Below are positions 61,059 to 64,000 of a stretch of 64,000 bases of DNA, in pieces (position 1 is the first letter of the stretch; each line of letters opens with the position of its first letter). The notes beneath the pieces are model-generated. The model saw only the letters and a list, made by a program, of their open reading frames with translations, had not been told where the DNA came from and ran no database searches. Position numbers and translations under genes: made by a program. The stretch spans positions 52,328,001 to 52,392,000 of the forward strand of contig OX597815.1 in NCBI GenBank assembly GCA_951406725.2. The letters are read 5' to 3'. The DNA is from Octopus vulgaris. Taxonomy: Eukaryota.

Positions 61059-62641
61059 TATATATATATTTCAAGCTTTTTTTCCAGTTTCTGTCAACCA
61101 AATTCACTCATGAGTCTTCAGTTTGTTTGGAGCTGAGTAAAAGCCTCTTGTCCGACGGCAACATACAGTTGGACTGAATCTGAGATCCTAGTTGTAAAGC
61201 AAATGTCTTGAGCACGCAGCCATACCTGCACCTATTTATTTGAATTTTTAGCCAATAAGGTTAGCTGACAAAGACAATACAAGAGCAAATTCACCCACAC
61301 AAATACAACACAGTAAAAAAACAAATAACAACCAGAAATCACACAAATGTTTCATCAACAAAATACATCCATAGTTATAGAATGGACCTAAATGTTATTG
61401 AAAAAACGCATGAAACTGAAGACAATGTGTTGTATCTAAGCATAAAAACAGTAGTTCAAATGAACATAGTTTTCCTAGTGATGGCAGCTCCCACAAGGAA
61501 AATAATAATTTCTTCATAATATGAGGAGGGATTTGGAAATTACATTTGAAATTAAGGAATTATGAGGGAAAAGATGCATAGAATTCACATATTTAATTTT
61601 GTTGCTCACTTATAAAATTCTTACAATGTGAAGTTGTTGGTAAATATGTATAGTACTATTTTGTTCCTTTTAGAAGTAGTCAGCATGATATAACTTGTGA
61701 CTTACTTTAGGAAGTGAGACATTTCATTAAAAATGAAAATAATTGCAATCTGGGGGAAATTTATGGAATGTGTTTATTTTCTTTTCTTCATAGAATGTTA
61801 GAAGTTTCAGAATCAATAGAAAAGAGAAAATGTTCTTAAAGTTTATATATAGAATAACACAGAATAATAGATGTTTCTAGAGGAAATAGAATGAAAATGT
61901 TCTCATCAATGTGAAGCCACAAACTTGCAAACAATAGAATATGACTTAAACAGTTACAGGAAACATGAAAGTACAGCACACTTTCATTTGTAGTCCTTGC
62001 ATTTACATCAAAGAATTATTTTGGGGCATTATAATACAGTACATGAAACAAAACTTAATAGAAAAATATTAGTTGACAGCACCTCTATCTTTTTTTTTGT
62101 TTTAGAATTCCACAAAAATGAAATGGTTAAATATGAAAGTGTTATTAACAGCAAGATATTATATAAACCAAACACCAATTCAAAGATATATACATAAAAT
62201 AAACATTGAAAGTTACCAGTCATGGACTGTTTTAACATTTATCTTTTACTTGTTACAATAATTGAACTGTGGGTATGTTGTGGCACTGCCTTGAAGTGTT
62301 TAGTGGAACAAATCTACTCCAGTATTTATTTTTTAAGTCTGGTTCTTATTTTACCAGTCACTTATGACAAACTGCTAAGTTATGGGTGATGTAAACAAAA
62401 CACCAATTGTGAAGCTGCAGTGGGTGACAAACATAAAGACACACACACACACAAACACACAACATTGCATACATAGATACATGCATACATGCATGCATAT
62501 ATACATACACACATAGATACATGCATACATATATGCATGCATGTATGCATACGTAGATACATGCATGCATGCTTACATACATACTTACATACATATTTAC
62601 ACACATACATACATACATACCTACATACATACATACATACG

Positions 62642-62697
<56 letters not shown>

Positions 62698-63569
62698 CTA
62701 CTATGAACTTCCCAAAAGAGGTTGTTTCTTCACATTTACGCATTTACTCAAAGAAATATAACCATTTCTTTTACCAGGCTTGCATACACACACATACACA
62801 ATGGGCTTCTTCACATCTTCAGTCTAGCATTTCACTCAGAAGTCATTGTTTGGCCCAAAGTTATAGTCAGAAGAGTGCAGTGGGACTGAACCTGAAACAA
62901 CAGTTTTAATATTATTCCCATGATTCTTTGCTGCCAAAGACAAAAAACACAAACAATGCAGCACTACTACCAGCATTTTATTCAGATGAAGAGACCAGGA
63001 ATGTCTTGAAAAGTTAATGGACTTTGAAATGCTATTGTTTCCAATGAAATGTTAGAAGACGTACTATCAATCTTTTAGAAAAAAAATAAAGATTAAATTT
63101 GAACATCACCATATCATAAGCATAATATCTACATCAACACACACACACATGCACACCTAGTTACAATCATACACATATACATAGATAGCTAGGTTTCTGT
63201 CAGGTAATCATAGTAATTGGCAATAAAAATGAAATCAATGTCACAAACTGAGTAGAGATACTTGTTTATTGTTTTCTTTACAACACAGCCAGATGTTACA
63301 ACTCATCTCAGTGAGGAGTCGAGAGACATAACATCTGTCTGTGTTGGAAACAGATAATATATATTTATTATCGAACACACTCAATGTATATACTTTGCTT
63401 ACATTGAGTATGTTGAGTTTGATAATGTTTACAACACTAGTGTTGCATCTAATTCATATTTGAATATATATACAGAAATTTACAAGTGCTGGAAAGGACT
63501 CACCATCATAGAAGATTTTGAAAATAATTTCCTGTAGCATCCATAAACAGCTGTGCACCTCTAACCATA

Positions 63570-63960
63570 TTTAGGGGCACCCGGCATAAAATAGTGACAT
63601 TGATGGTGATGGCCACATGCATGATATTATCCTTCAGTTCCTGTAGTATGTGCGGACTTCTTTTGTATACTGTGCTCTACAAGTGTTCCCAGAGATAATA
63701 ATCACACATTGAATAGTTAGAAGAATGTGGTGGCCACAAGTTTTGCTAGCTGTGTGTTTCTCAGTCATGGGCTCACTGTATGGACACCAGAGAAATATGG
63801 AAAGTCACTCTGTCCTGCTGGAAGAAGTACACCTGTCTTTCATCTTCAGCGTGTTGAACACAAAACTGGTCATGTGGACCAATGTTCATGTAGACTTCTA
63901 TGTTGACAGAGTTGTCATAAAATATGAGTTCAATGATGCATGTCCTAAACACTAAACGCC
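63570..63960 (-). mobile_element. Tc1/mariner-superfamily transposase C-terminal fragment
   Basis: FFQQDRVTFH..WPPHSSN..CDYYLWEHL.STVYKRSPHT (WPPxSPDLNPCDxxLW motif). Confidence 0.75.
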
Positions 63961-64000
63961 TATTTTTTTTTTTTTATTGTGGAGTGACTTTTCATACACA

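Overview
This is AT-rich, microsatellite-dense eukaryotic DNA with no confidently identifiable host gene. It is most likely intronic or intergenic sequence from an octopus (coleoid cephalopod), inferred from the SINE and RTE repeat families and the (TA)n/(TATG)n/(CAT)n load. Most six-frame ORFs are microsatellite read-throughs. The real coding signal is decayed transposon: RTE and CR1 LINEs, tRNA-derived SINEs, Tc1/mariner, Tigger/pogo, a Buster-type hAT, and three Penelope-like (PLE) remnants. The most notable feature is a set of at least eight unrelated short non-coding elements, each carrying a type I hammerhead ribozyme (HHR) motif. Most have a partial-tandem and/or inverted PLE-style architecture and sit in (TA)n tracts. 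Examples are an intact canonical HHR at 48166-48249 (-) and a very young 362-bp unit (55466-56577) whose HHR has a compensatory U3-A8 core (UUGAAAA). These look like a diverse retrozyme or non-autonomous PLE population. All calls were made by eye and boundaries are approximate.
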